This document shows positions 8,437-18,153 of a stretch of 64,000 bases of DNA, in pieces; positions within the stretch are counted from its first letter, which is position 1; every line of letters begins with the position of its first letter. Both the position numbers and the translations under genes were made by a program. Source of the DNA: Acidimicrobiia bacterium. GTDB taxonomy: Bacteria > Actinomycetota > Acidimicrobiia > Spongiisociales > UBA5794. The notes beneath the pieces are model-generated. The model did not search any database. It was not told the DNA's origin and was given only the letters and a program-made list of their open reading frames with translations. The stretch lies in contig JBPCMS010000003.1 in the NCBI GenBank assembly GCA_051002015.1, positions 1,155-65,154 of the forward strand, read 5' to 3'.

Positions 8437-9354
8437 TCACGAGGCGCGGCGGAACCGCTCGTACCTCCGCTCCACGCCGACGGAGTCCGGGCGCCACTCG
8501 GGACGGGTGGGCACGACCAGCCGACGACCGTGCACGCCCTGGATCCCGTGCTGCAGCATCGGCCCGTCGACCTCCTCCAGGACGTCCCTGCGCACTTCGG
8601 CGACCAGCTCCGCGCCGGGGCGGACCCCCAGGATGTCGGCGTCGAAGGCGGCGTGGTGGATCTTGCACATGGCGAACCCGTTGGGGATCACCGGCTCGCC
8701 CCCGTCGCGGTCGGAGACGATGTGGGCGGCGTCGAGCAGCTCGGCGTGGCCCAGCGAGCACACCGTGCACCGGGTGCGGTAGGCCCGGAGCACGTTCGAC
8801 CGGAACAACGCCTGGTGGGCTCGCTGACGCACCAGCCGCAGGTAATGGTGGCGCTGGGTGATGTCGACCAGCTCGTGGGTGAGCCCGGCGACCACGGAGA
8901 CCAGCGGCAACAGGGCGACCTCGAACCGGAGCACCGCGGAGTCATCGCGGAGGATCACCGCCGCCGACGCCTGGTAGACACCCCCGGTGATCCCCTGCAG
9001 GTAGAGAAGCGTGGTCCCGCGGTGCATCACCTCGCGCAGCATTCGGTTGTCCCGATGGTCCGGATCCGTCCCCCGGTAGGCGTACGACAGGTAGCCGTCT
9101 GCGGTGATCTCGTCGAGGTAAGGGGCAGTTCGGTCAGGCCTCGGCGGCGTCGTCCTGATCGAGATCGGCAGGTCGAGCCGGGCCGGCTTGAAGATCCCCT
9201 GCTGGCTGACCAGGCGGATTCTCCAGCCGCCGAACACGAACCCGGAGCTGAGCTGATGCCAGGTGATCGGTACCTCGCCGTCGCCGGTCACCTCGGCGAC
9301 GTAGGCGATGGCGGCGGCACGAATCAGGTCGTCCGTGGAGCCGCTGCGGTCCAT
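8437..9354 (-). CDS. Putative modification-dependent restriction endonuclease (COG3440-type; C-terminal HNH nuclease with an N-terminal SRA/SAD-like domain)
   Basis: C-terminal CTVCSLGHAELLDAAHIVSDRDGGEPVIPNGFAMCKIHHAAFD is an HNH_2 motif. The true start (MDRSG..) is at 9354. The 584-aa ORF above it is an artefactual extension. Confidence 0.6.
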   Translation of the reverse strand: MDRSGSTDDLIRAAAIAYVAEVTGDGEVPITWHQLSSGFVFGGWRIRLVSQQGIFKPARLDLPISIRTTPPRPDRTAPYLDEITADGYLSYAYRGTDPDHRDNRMLREVMHRGTTLLYLQGITGGVYQASAAVILRDDSAVLRFEVALLPLVSVVAGLTHELVDITQRHHYLRLVRQRAHQALFRSNVLRAYRTRCTVCSLGHAELLDAAHIVSDRDGGEPVIPNGFAMCKIHHAAFDADILGVRPGAELVAEVRRDVLEEVDGPMLQHGIQGVHGRRLVVPTRPEWRPDSVGVERRYERFRRAS

Positions 9355-9407
9355 TCCCGGAATGTAGACACCGCCGCCTCCGTGGTGCCGACGACCGCGC
9401 CGGGCGG

Positions 9408-10652
9408 CTACCCGTTGCCGAGGACGCCATCGGCCAGGTCGGCGTACACCGCTTCGGCGCCGCTGCCGAGGAAGACCACCGAGGCGGCGCCAACCCAGCC
9501 CACCGAGCCGGGCAGCACCATGTTGGTGATGGCGTCCGGGTCGGCGACGTGGGCGGAGGCGGCGAAGGTGACCAGCGCCTCGGTATCGAGATCGGTGAAG
9601 CCGTGCCGGCTGTAGCTGGCCACCCACGCCGGCAGGTAGAGCAGCCCGCGGTCCTGCACCATGGTCAGCGCCGCCAGGATGATCCGGCCCTGGTTGACGG
9701 TCCGGTCGAAGTCTCCCTGGGGGAGCCCCTTCCGAATACGCCCCAGCCGGAGCGTGAGCTGCGGGTCCAGCACCTGCGGCCCCGCCGGGTAGTCGTCCCA
9801 GTTGTTGCCGCTGTGCATCGCGGTCGGCAGATCGATCTCGAGATCGCCGAAATCGGTCATCAGCCCCAGGAATCCCTCGAACCCGACGGCGACGTAGCCT
9901 TCCAGGTCGATCCCCGTGGTGTCCTCGAGTATCTCCATCATGCCCTCCGGCCCGCGCCCCGGCATGAGGTCGGTGAGCTTGCTGCCCTCGATCCAGCTGT
10001 CCCTGGGGAACCCGACCAGGGAACCGACCCCCCGTCTGGGGCGCAGGGCGAGGATGTGGATGCTGTCGGCGCGCAGGTTGAGCTGGTCCTCCCCGACCCG
10101 GGCGTCGGACCCGAGGACGAGCAGGTTGCGTTGGCCGCCCCGCCCCAGCCACGGCGGGAGCCCGTCCAGCATCGCCGCCACCAGCTCCCATCCCTCCTCC
10201 CCGCCGGCGGGATCGACGAAGACGAGGCGATCGCCGCCGGTGACGACCACGCCCACCCGGTCACCGTTCTCCAGCGTGGCGAGGGACGCCCGGCCCCGGA
10301 ACGTGCCGGGATCAACCATGTGACCGGCCACGTGCTCGGCGAGCCGGGGGCTCATCGCCGGCGGTTGGTTGGCCGGGTCGATGATGTGGTCGTAGAACTG
10401 CTCGGCCGCCCTCTTGAGCACCCGCGGGATGTCGCCCCGGATCGTCAGGGTCGATGGGGGCATGGTGGTGGTGGTCGTGGTGGTAGACGACGTGGTCGAC
10501 GACGTGGTCGAGGACGTGGACGTGGAGGAGGGGGCGGCGACCGCCATGGTGGTGGTGGTCGCCTCGATCGTGCCCCCGGACGAGCAGGCCCCGGTGATCA
10601 GGGCGACCACCAGGGCGACGAGGGCGTGCGGGAGCAACGGTCGTTTCGGCAC
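9408..10652 (-). CDS. LCP family (LytR-CpsA-Psr) cell-envelope phosphotransferase, lipoprotein
   Basis: Lipobox LITGACSS, a Ser/Thr-rich linker, and an LCP core (LNLRADSIHILALRPRRGVGSLVGFPRDSWIEGS...DLEGYVAVGFEGF). Confidence 0.8.
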   Translation of the reverse strand: MPKRPLLPHALVALVVALITGACSSGGTIEATTTTMAVAAPSSTSTSSTTSSTTSSTTTTTTTMPPSTLTIRGDIPRVLKRAAEQFYDHIIDPANQPPAMSPRLAEHVAGHMVDPGTFRGRASLATLENGDRVGVVVTGGDRLVFVDPAGGEEGWELVAAMLDGLPPWLGRGGQRNLLVLGSDARVGEDQLNLRADSIHILALRPRRGVGSLVGFPRDSWIEGSKLTDLMPGRGPEGMMEILEDTTGIDLEGYVAVGFEGFLGLMTDFGDLEIDLPTAMHSGNNWDDYPAGPQVLDPQLTLRLGRIRKGLPQGDFDRTVNQGRIILAALTMVQDRGLLYLPAWVASYSRHGFTDLDTEALVTFAASAHVADPDAITNMVLPGSVGWVGAASVVFLGSGAEAVYADLADGVLGNG

Positions 10653-10761
10653 GGTGCTCGGATGGTACCGACGAGGCGTTCCAATGCGAAGCGGTCGTCC
10701 TCGCGGGCGCCCGGGGCGGGCTCCCTACAATCCCGCCTCGCCGGGCCACGTCTGGAGTGTC

Positions 10762-12825
10762 ATGGATCCTGAGATCTGGGTGTACGCCGCCGTCGCCGCC
10801 GGGTTGGCCGCGCTCGCCCTCGCCTGGGTCTTCTCCCGCCAGGTGCTCGCCGCCAGCCCGGGCAACGAGCGGATGCAGGAGCTGATGGTGGCCATCCGCC
10901 AGGGGGCGATGACCTTTATCAGGCGCGAGTACTTGGCGGTGGCGGTGTTCGTGGCCATCCTCGCCGGGCTGATCTTCGCCGTGCTCGACTGGGGGCGCCC
11001 ATGGGGGGCCATCGCCTACGTCACCGGCGCCGTCCTGTCCGGGCTGGCCGGGCTGATCGGGATGCGGATGGCGACGGCGGCAAACGCCAGGACCACCGAG
11101 GCCGCCCGTCTGGGTGGGGTGGATCGAGCGTTCCCCATCGCCTTCAAGGGCGGCGCCGTGATGGGGTTCACCGTCGCCGGGCTCGCTCTGCTCGGACTGG
11201 CCGCCGCCTACTGGCTGTTCGTCATGGTGCTCGATGTCGACGATCCGTACAGCGTGCTCACCGCCCTCGGGTTGGGGGCGTCCTCGATCGCCCTGTTCTC
11301 CAGGGTCGGGGGCGGGATCTTCACCAAGGCGGCCGACATCGGCGCCGACCTGGTGGGCAAGGTGGAGGCGGGGATCCCCGAGGACGACCCGCGCAACCCG
11401 GCCGTGATCGCTGACAACGTCGGGGACAACGTCGGCGACGTCGCCGGGATGGGCGCCGACCTGTTCGAGTCGTACGTCGGGGCCATGGTCGCCCCCATCG
11501 CCTACGCCGGGTTCGCCTTCACCGGGGCTGCCTTCCTTCCCCAGCTCCTGCTGTACCCGCTGATGATCGCCGCCGTGGGGATGGCCGGCTCGATCATCGG
11601 CGCCCTGTTGGTCAGACCGCGCCGGCACAGCCTGGCGGCGGCCCTGCACGTGGGTACCTGGGTGGCGATGGGGGTGACGGTGGCCGGCGTCGCCCTCCTC
11701 ACCCCGATGCTGTTCGACGGCCTGCCGGGGGTCGACAACCCGTGGGGCCTGTTCCTGGCGGTGGCCACCGGCCTGGTGGTCGGCTACCTGATCGGCCGAA
11801 TCTCCGAGATCTTCACCAGCGACAACTACCGGGTGGTCAAGGAGGTCGCCCGCCAGGCGCAGACCGGGCCCGCCACCTTCGTCCTCGCCGGGATTTCCGA
11901 GGGGATGCGCTCCGCCGCCTACAGCGTGGTGGTGACGGCCATGGGGATGGTGGGGGCCCACGCCGCCGGTGAGCTCGCCATCGAAGGCGGCGGGATCTAC
12001 GGTATCGCCATCGCCGCCATCGGGGTGCTGGCGACGCTGGGGATCACCGTGTCGGTCGACGCTTACGGTCCGATCGCCGACAACGCAGGCGGGATCGCCG
12101 AGATGGCCAAGCTGCCCCCCGACGTCCGGGCGGCGACCGACGCCCTCGACTCGCTGGGCAACACCACGGCGGCGGTGGCAAAGGGGTTCGCCATCGGTTC
12201 GGCGGCGGTGACCTCGCTCGCCCTGTTCTTCGCCTTCCGCCAGGCGGTCGGGGTCGACAACCTGCCCACCATCGACCTGCTCGACATCGAGACCACCGTC
12301 GGCCTCTTCCTCGGCGCCATGTTCCCCTACCTGTTCGCTTCGATGGTGATCAAGGCGGTGGGTCGGGCCGCCAACCAGATGATCGACGAGGTGCGCCGCC
12401 AGTTCCGCGAGATCCCCGGGCTCCTCGCCGGCGAGCCGGGGATACACGCCGACCACACCAGAGCGATCGACATCTCGACCAAGGCGGCGCTCCGTGCGAT
12501 GTTCCTCCCCGGCGCCATGGCCATCGCCCTTCCCCTGGCCGTCGGGTTCGTCTCGGTCCAGGCGCTGGGCGGTCTGTTGGCCGGGGCACTGATCAGCGGG
12601 TTCCTGCTCGCCATATACATGGCCAACGCAGGCGGTGCCTGGGACAACGCCAAGAAGTTCGTCGAGGCGGGCGCCTACGGGGGCAAGGGCTCGGAATCCC
12701 ACAAGGCGGCGGTGGTGGGCGACACCATCGGCGATCCGTTCAAGGACACGGCCGGGCCGGCGATGAACATCGTGATCAAGGTGATGACCATCGTCAGCCT
12801 GATCTTCGCCTCGGCGTTTGTCTGA
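10762..12825 (+). CDS. hppA: K+-insensitive H+-translocating pyrophosphatase
   Basis: GGIFTKAADIGADLVGKVE, DNVGDNVGD, GDTIGDPFKDTAGP signatures. About 16 TM helices. Confidence 0.9.
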   Translation: MDPEIWVYAAVAAGLAALALAWVFSRQVLAASPGNERMQELMVAIRQGAMTFIRREYLAVAVFVAILAGLIFAVLDWGRPWGAIAYVTGAVLSGLAGLIGMRMATAANARTTEAARLGGVDRAFPIAFKGGAVMGFTVAGLALLGLAAAYWLFVMVLDVDDPYSVLTALGLGASSIALFSRVGGGIFTKAADIGADLVGKVEAGIPEDDPRNPAVIADNVGDNVGDVAGMGADLFESYVGAMVAPIAYAGFAFTGAAFLPQLLLYPLMIAAVGMAGSIIGALLVRPRRHSLAAALHVGTWVAMGVTVAGVALLTPMLFDGLPGVDNPWGLFLAVATGLVVGYLIGRISEIFTSDNYRVVKEVARQAQTGPATFVLAGISEGMRSAAYSVVVTAMGMVGAHAAGELAIEGGGIYGIAIAAIGVLATLGITVSVDAYGPIADNAGGIAEMAKLPPDVRAATDALDSLGNTTAAVAKGFAIGSAAVTSLALFFAFRQAVGVDNLPTIDLLDIETTVGLFLGAMFPYLFASMVIKAVGRAANQMIDEVRRQFREIPGLLAGEPGIHADHTRAIDISTKAALRAMFLPGAMAIALPLAVGFVSVQALGGLLAGALISGFLLAIYMANAGGAWDNAKKFVEAGAYGGKGSESHKAAVVGDTIGDPFKDTAGPAMNIVIKVMTIVSLIFASAFV

Positions 12826-12833
12826 GGGACCCG

Positions 12834-14066
12834 ATGGACGCTCGGATCATCCTGGTACGACACGGCGAGACCGGCGCCAACCTGGCCGGTGTCTGGCAGG
12901 GGGCGACCGACACCGCCCTCTCCGAACGGGGCGAGCTTCAGGTGCGGCGGCTCGGCGACCGCATCGCCGGTGACCCGCCCGACCTGGTGGTGGCCTCGGA
13001 CCTGGGTCGAGCCGTCACCACGGCGGCGGCGCTGGGTCTGCCGTTCGAGACCGATCCCCGGTGGCGCGAACCGGATGTGGGGGTGTGGGAGGGGATCTCG
13101 TTCACCGAGATCCGCCGCCACCACGCCGACGACCTCGCCGCTCTCGAACGGGGTGACGATGTCGCCATCGGGGGTGGCGAGCGGCTTTCGAGCGTCGCCG
13201 CCCGCACCCTCGAGGCCTTCGAGCACCTCGCCGCTCAGGTCGGGCCGGGGGGCACCGCCCTGGTGGTGAGTCACGGGGTGGCCCTCACCGCCCTGGTGGC
13301 CGAGCTGCTCGGGCTGGCCCGCCCGGCGCCGTTGCGGCTGATGAGCAACACCGGGGTGGCCACCGTCGCCATTGGCGACCGCGGTGTCCAGCTCTCGTCG
13401 TACAACGACACCGCTCACCTCGCAGACGACCCGCCACGGCGAGCGGGCGAGACGGACGTCGTGCTGATCCGCCACGGCGAGACGGCGGCGAACGTGGAGC
13501 AGCGCTGGCAGGGTCACGGCGACTGGCCCCTCAACGAGGTGGGCACCGCCCAGGCGGCCGGCGCCGCCGCCGGGGTTCCCCAGCTCGACGCCCTGTTCAC
13601 CTCGCCGCTGCTCCGGGCCCGTCACACCGCCGAGACCATCGGCGTCGCCCAGGGTCTGGAACCGCTGGTTGTCGACGACCTCAAGGAGATCGGGTTCGGT
13701 GAGTGGGAGAACCTCACCTCGGGTGAGATCGCCGCCGTCGCCCCCGACCTGTGGCACCGGCTGATGTCAGGCGAGGACATCGTCCGGGGCAGCACCGGCG
13801 AGACCTTCACCGGGGCCAGGGCACGGATGACGGCCGCCATCGACTCGATCGTCGCCGGGCAAGCCGAGCGGGTGGTCGGGGTGGTCAGCCACGGCACGGC
13901 GACCAGCGCATACGTCACCGGGCTGCTCGGGCTGAGCTACGCCGATCGTCCCCGGCTCCGCTCGCTGGGGAACACCGCTCTGGGGAGGATCGCCTTCACC
14001 GGGCGCGGGCCGATGGTGGTGACCTGGAACACCGGACGCCATCTGGATGGGGGCGGGCGCCGGTGA
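12834..14066 (+). CDS. Tandem-duplicated histidine phosphatase (phosphoglycerate-mutase-like) protein
   Basis: Two RHGE catalytic motifs: IILVRHGETGANL and VVLIRHGETAANV. Confidence 0.75.
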   Translation: MDARIILVRHGETGANLAGVWQGATDTALSERGELQVRRLGDRIAGDPPDLVVASDLGRAVTTAAALGLPFETDPRWREPDVGVWEGISFTEIRRHHADDLAALERGDDVAIGGGERLSSVAARTLEAFEHLAAQVGPGGTALVVSHGVALTALVAELLGLARPAPLRLMSNTGVATVAIGDRGVQLSSYNDTAHLADDPPRRAGETDVVLIRHGETAANVEQRWQGHGDWPLNEVGTAQAAGAAAGVPQLDALFTSPLLRARHTAETIGVAQGLEPLVVDDLKEIGFGEWENLTSGEIAAVAPDLWHRLMSGEDIVRGSTGETFTGARARMTAAIDSIVAGQAERVVGVVSHGTATSAYVTGLLGLSYADRPRLRSLGNTALGRIAFTGRGPMVVTWNTGRHLDGGGRR

Positions 14067-15142
14067 CCGAGGTGCCCCGGCTCGGGATCGTCACCAACGA
14101 CTTCCCCCCGAAGCGGGGCGGGATCCAGCAGTACCTCGGCAACCTGGTCGCCGCCTATCCGGGGGAGGTGGTGGTGCTCGCCCCCTCCGACGGTCCCGCC
14201 GACACCAGAGCGACGGTGATTCGCCACCGGAGCCGGTTCATATGGCCAACGCCCAAGATGACCGACTGGGTGGCCGCCGAGCTGGCGGACGCCGACGTCG
14301 ATGTCGTGCTGTTCGGGGCGCCGTGGCCGCTCCCGCTGATGACCGACCGGGTCAGGGCCCGGATCGACCGGCCGGTGGCGGTTATCGGGCACGGCGCCGA
14401 GGTGACCATGCCCGCCGCCGTTCCCGGGCTTGCCGCCGCGGTCCGAAGAGCCCTGACCGCCCCCGATCTCGTCTTCGCCGTCAGCCGGTTCACCGCGGGG
14501 CGCATCGAGCGGCTCACCGGGAGACCGGTTCATCACCTCGGCGCCGGGGTCGACATCGACAAGTTCACCCCGTCCCCGCCTGTCGAGCGTCCCCGGCCGG
14601 TGATCGGGTGCGTCAGCCGCTTCGTGCCCCGCAAGGGACAGCACCTCCTGCTCGACGCCGTCGCCGAGCTGGCCGGCGAGGGGCTCGATCTGGATGTCGT
14701 CCTCGCCGGCAGGGGCCGCACCGAGCGGTCACTGCGCACCCGGGCGACCCGGATCGGGGTCCCGGTCCGCTTCATCGTCGACGCCCCGTGGGACCAGCTC
14801 CCGTCGATCTACGCCTCGCTCGACGTGTTCGCCATGCCCTGCCGGTCCCGTTGGTTCGGGCTGGAGGTCGAGGGTCTGGGGCTGGTGTTCCTCGAGGCCG
14901 CCGCCTCGGGGCTCCCGGTGATCGCCGGGTCGTCCGGAGGGTCGCCGGAGACCGTCGTCGACGGCGAGACCGGGTACGTGGTCGACACCAACGACGAGCT
15001 GGTCGAGGCGCTGCGCACCCTGGCGGGCGACCCGGGGTTGCGTTCGAGGATGGGCGCCGCCGGGCGGGCCCGGATGGAGGCGGTGTGCACCTGGCGGGCG
15101 GTGGTCGACCGGTTGCTCGCCGCCTTCGGCGAGGTGCGCTGA
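14063..15142 (+). CDS. Glycosyltransferase family 4 (PimB-like mannosyltransferase)
   Basis: GT4 C-terminal domain: FVPRKGQHLLLDAV...GLVFLEAAASGLPVIAGSSGGSPETV. GTGA overlap with the upstream gene. Confidence 0.8.
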   Translation: MTEVPRLGIVTNDFPPKRGGIQQYLGNLVAAYPGEVVVLAPSDGPADTRATVIRHRSRFIWPTPKMTDWVAAELADADVDVVLFGAPWPLPLMTDRVRARIDRPVAVIGHGAEVTMPAAVPGLAAAVRRALTAPDLVFAVSRFTAGRIERLTGRPVHHLGAGVDIDKFTPSPPVERPRPVIGCVSRFVPRKGQHLLLDAVAELAGEGLDLDVVLAGRGRTERSLRTRATRIGVPVRFIVDAPWDQLPSIYASLDVFAMPCRSRWFGLEVEGLGLVFLEAAASGLPVIAGSSGGSPETVVDGETGYVVDTNDELVEALRTLAGDPGLRSRMGAAGRARMEAVCTWRAVVDRLLAAFGEVR

Positions 15143-15190
15143 GCACGGGGTGGCGGGGGAACGGGACCGGGCGTCTACCGTCTCGGCCTG

Positions 15191-15469
15191 ATGAGCCGTG
15201 CCCACACCTCCCCGACCCGAGCCTTCGCCGCCGCCGTGGCGCCGGTTGGCGCTGTCATCGACCTCACCGGCGACGAACCGTCCCGGTTCGAGCTCCCGCT
15301 GGTGATCATCGGGGGAGCGGTCGGTCTCGCTCTCGGCGCCGTCCTGAGGTTCCGTCGCCGGTCCCAACCGGGAGATGACCCGTGGAGTCCGTCGGGTGGG
15401 ACAGGGTTGACAGACCGGCCGGTGGTCGATCAACCTGTCGCAGCTCCCCCACCCGGACGGGTGTTCTGA
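15191..15469 (+). CDS. Hypothetical small membrane protein directly upstream of topA
   Basis: 92-aa ORF with one predicted TM segment (LPLVIIGGAVGLALGAVL). Its end abuts the topA start. Weak support. Confidence 0.3.
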   Translation: MSRAHTSPTRAFAAAVAPVGAVIDLTGDEPSRFELPLVIIGGAVGLALGAVLRFRRRSQPGDDPWSPSGGTGLTDRPVVDQPVAAPPPGRVF

Positions 15470-18099
15470 TGCCAAGCAAGCTCGTCATCGTCGAGTCGCC
15501 CGCCAAGGCCCGCACCATTGCCGGTTACCTCGGCAAGGGCTTTGTCGTGGAGTCGTCGATCGGGCATATCCGGGACCTCCCCGGCTCGGCATCCGACATC
15601 CCCGCCGCCTTCAAGGGTGAGCCGTGGGCCCGGCTCGGGGTCGACGTGGAGAACGACTTCAAGCCGCTCTACGTGGTTCCCGCCGACAAGAAGAAGCAGG
15701 TCACCAAGCTCAAGCAGCTCCTCAAGGACGCAGATGAGGTGTACCTCGCCACCGACGAGGACCGCGAGGGGGAGTCGATCGCCTGGCATCTGCTCGAGGT
15801 GCTCAACCCGAAGCAGCCGGTCCACCGCATGGTGTTCCACGAGATCACCCCCGGTGCCATCCACGAGGCGCTGGAGCATCCCCGCCAGCTCGACCGACGC
15901 CTGGTGGACGCCCAGGAGGCGCGGCGCATCCTCGACCGGCTCTACGGATACGAGGTGTCCCCGGTGCTGTGGCGCAAGGTGCGCCAGGGGCTCTCCGCCG
16001 GCCGGGTCCAGTCCCCCGCCACCAGGATCATCGTCGACCGGGAGCGGGAGCGGATGGCCTTCGTCAGCGCCTCGTACTGGGGGCTGACCGGGACCTTCAC
16101 CGTCGGGGACGACCCCACCTCCTTCGAGGCGGCGCTGGCCACCATCGACGGCGCGCGGGTGGCAACCGGTAAGGACTTCGCCGACGACGGGTCGGCCAAG
16201 ACCAGGAAGACGTCGCGGCTGGTGCTCGACGAGGCGGCCGCCACCGGGTTGGCCGACGGCCTCCGGGACGCGGACTTCACCGTCGCCTCGGTGGAGGCCA
16301 AGCCGTACACCAGACGGCCATACCCGCCGTTCCGCACCTCGACGCTGCAGCAGGAGGCGAACCGCAAGCTCCGCTTCGCCGCTCGCCGGGCGATGTCTGC
16401 GGCGCAGCGGCTCTACGAGGCCGGGTACATCACCTACATGCGCACCGACTCGATCACGCTGTCGACCTCCGCCATCGAGGCCGCCCGCAGCCTGGTCGCC
16501 GACCGCTACGGGCCGTCGTACCTCCCGGACAAGCCGCGGGTGTACACCAGCACCGTCAGGAACGCCCAGGAGGCGCACGAGGCCATCCGCCCCGCCGGCG
16601 ACCGTTTCACCGATCCCGACTCCGTGGCCGGGGCCGTTGGACCGGGTTCGGACGAGGCGAGGCTGTACGATCTGATCTGGAAGCGGACCGTGGCCTCGCA
16701 GATGAGGGACGCCAAGGGGGAGAGCATCGCCGCCCGGCTGGCGGCCACCACCGCCGACGGTCGCCGCATCGAGTTCGCCGCCTCGGGGCTGGCCATCACC
16801 TTCCCCGGGTTCCTCCGTGCCTACGTCGAGGGGCGGGACGACCCCAACGCCGCTCTCGACGACCAGGAACGGCCGCTCCCCCCGATGCGCACCGGCGACC
16901 CCGCCTCCGCCGTCGCCATCGCCGCCGAGGGCCACGAGACCAAGCCGCCCGTCCGCTACACCGAGGCCTCTCTGGTCAAGCGGCTCGAGGACCTCGGGAT
17001 CGGGCGGCCGTCGACTTACGCCTCGATCATCTCCACCATCCAGGACCGGGGCTACGTCTTCAAGAAGGGGACGGCCCTGGTCCCCACCTTCACCGCCTTT
17101 GCCACCGTCGGGCTGCTCGAGACCCACTTCGAGGACTTGGTCGACTACGCCTTCACCGCCCGCATGGAGGACGACCTCGACGACATCGCCGGCGGCGACA
17201 AGGAGGCGATCCCCTGGCTCAAGCGGTTCTACTTCGGCAACGGCCACAAGGGACTCCACGACCTGGTGCAGGGCAACCTCGACGCCATCGACCCCCGGCT
17301 GGTCAACGCCATCCCCATCGGTGTCGACGAGAACGGGGAGCCGGTGGTGGCCAGGGTGGGCCGGTACGGCCCCTACCTGAAGCGGGGAGACGACTCGGCC
17401 AGCATTCCCGAGGACCTGGCCCCGGACGAGCTGACCATCGAGCGTGCGGTCGAGCTGCTCTCGATGCCTTCAGGAGACCGGGAGCTGGGCCACGACCCCG
17501 ACACCGGCGAGGTGGTGACGCTCCGCCACGGGCGCTACGGCCCGTACGTCCAGCTCGGCGACGCCGATCCGGACGCCAAGCCGAAGCAGACCCCGAAGCG
17601 GTCGTCGCTTTTCAGGTCCATGGCGGCCGAGGCGCTGAGCCTCGACGAGGCCCTGATGCTGCTCCGCATCCCGAGGGTTGTCGGCGAGCACCCCGACGGG
17701 GGCGAGGTCACCGCCCTCAACGGCCGCTACGGCCCGTATCTCCAGTGGGGAAAGGAGACCCGCAGCCTGGAGACCGAGAATGAGCTGCTCACCATCACGC
17801 TGGAGGACGCCGTGGCCAAGCTGGCCGCCCCCAAGCAGCGGGGCCGCCGGACGGCCGCCTCGTTGCGCCAGCTCGGCGCCGCCCCGGACGGGAAGACCAT
17901 CCACGTCAGGGAGGGCAGGTTCGGACCGTACGTGACCGACGGCGAGATCAACGCATCGCTGCGGGTGGCGGACACGGTTGAGGGCATCACCCTGGAGCGC
18001 GCCGTAGAGCTGATCGAGGAGCGCAGGGCCAAGGGCCCGGCGGAACCGAGGACCGCGGCCAAGCCTCGGCGCAAGAAGCCGGCGAGCCGGAAGAAGTGA
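15469..18099 (+). CDS. topA: DNA topoisomerase I (actinobacterial type with repeated C-terminal domains and a basic tail)
   Basis: MPSKLVIVESPAKARTIAGYLG, TOPRIM EGESIAWHL. Basic Lys/Arg C-terminal tail. Confidence 0.92.
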   Translation: MPSKLVIVESPAKARTIAGYLGKGFVVESSIGHIRDLPGSASDIPAAFKGEPWARLGVDVENDFKPLYVVPADKKKQVTKLKQLLKDADEVYLATDEDREGESIAWHLLEVLNPKQPVHRMVFHEITPGAIHEALEHPRQLDRRLVDAQEARRILDRLYGYEVSPVLWRKVRQGLSAGRVQSPATRIIVDRERERMAFVSASYWGLTGTFTVGDDPTSFEAALATIDGARVATGKDFADDGSAKTRKTSRLVLDEAAATGLADGLRDADFTVASVEAKPYTRRPYPPFRTSTLQQEANRKLRFAARRAMSAAQRLYEAGYITYMRTDSITLSTSAIEAARSLVADRYGPSYLPDKPRVYTSTVRNAQEAHEAIRPAGDRFTDPDSVAGAVGPGSDEARLYDLIWKRTVASQMRDAKGESIAARLAATTADGRRIEFAASGLAITFPGFLRAYVEGRDDPNAALDDQERPLPPMRTGDPASAVAIAAEGHETKPPVRYTEASLVKRLEDLGIGRPSTYASIISTIQDRGYVFKKGTALVPTFTAFATVGLLETHFEDLVDYAFTARMEDDLDDIAGGDKEAIPWLKRFYFGNGHKGLHDLVQGNLDAIDPRLVNAIPIGVDENGEPVVARVGRYGPYLKRGDDSASIPEDLAPDELTIERAVELLSMPSGDRELGHDPDTGEVVTLRHGRYGPYVQLGDADPDAKPKQTPKRSSLFRSMAAEALSLDEALMLLRIPRVVGEHPDGGEVTALNGRYGPYLQWGKETRSLETENELLTITLEDAVAKLAAPKQRGRRTAASLRQLGAAPDGKTIHVREGRFGPYVTDGEINASLRVADTVEGITLERAVELIEERRAKGPAEPRTAAKPRRKKPASRKK

Positions 18100-18153
18100 C
18101 GTCCGGTGCCGCCGCGGAAACGCCTCCGCCGCGCCCGCTCCTAACCTGACCCG

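Noticed and set aside
10312-12702. 796-aa ORF on the minus strand antisense to hppA. Similar very long antisense or alternative-frame ORFs occur at 15430-17259, 17470-19203, 18141-20378, 28433-30331, 30102-32741, 44773-46653, 46736-48802, 51004-51891, 52151-53521 and 56603-58915.
   Set aside because: Their products are Arg/Gly/Pro/His-rich low-complexity strings with no motifs. They lie opposite well-supported genes (hppA, topA, ftsH, clpC, malF etc.). Stop-codon paucity in 72% GC DNA produces such ORFs routinely.
14047-15378. 443-aa ORF overlapping the GT4 glycosyltransferase in a second frame
   Set aside because: Arg/Pro-rich nonsense translation. The overlapping frame gives a clean GT4 protein.
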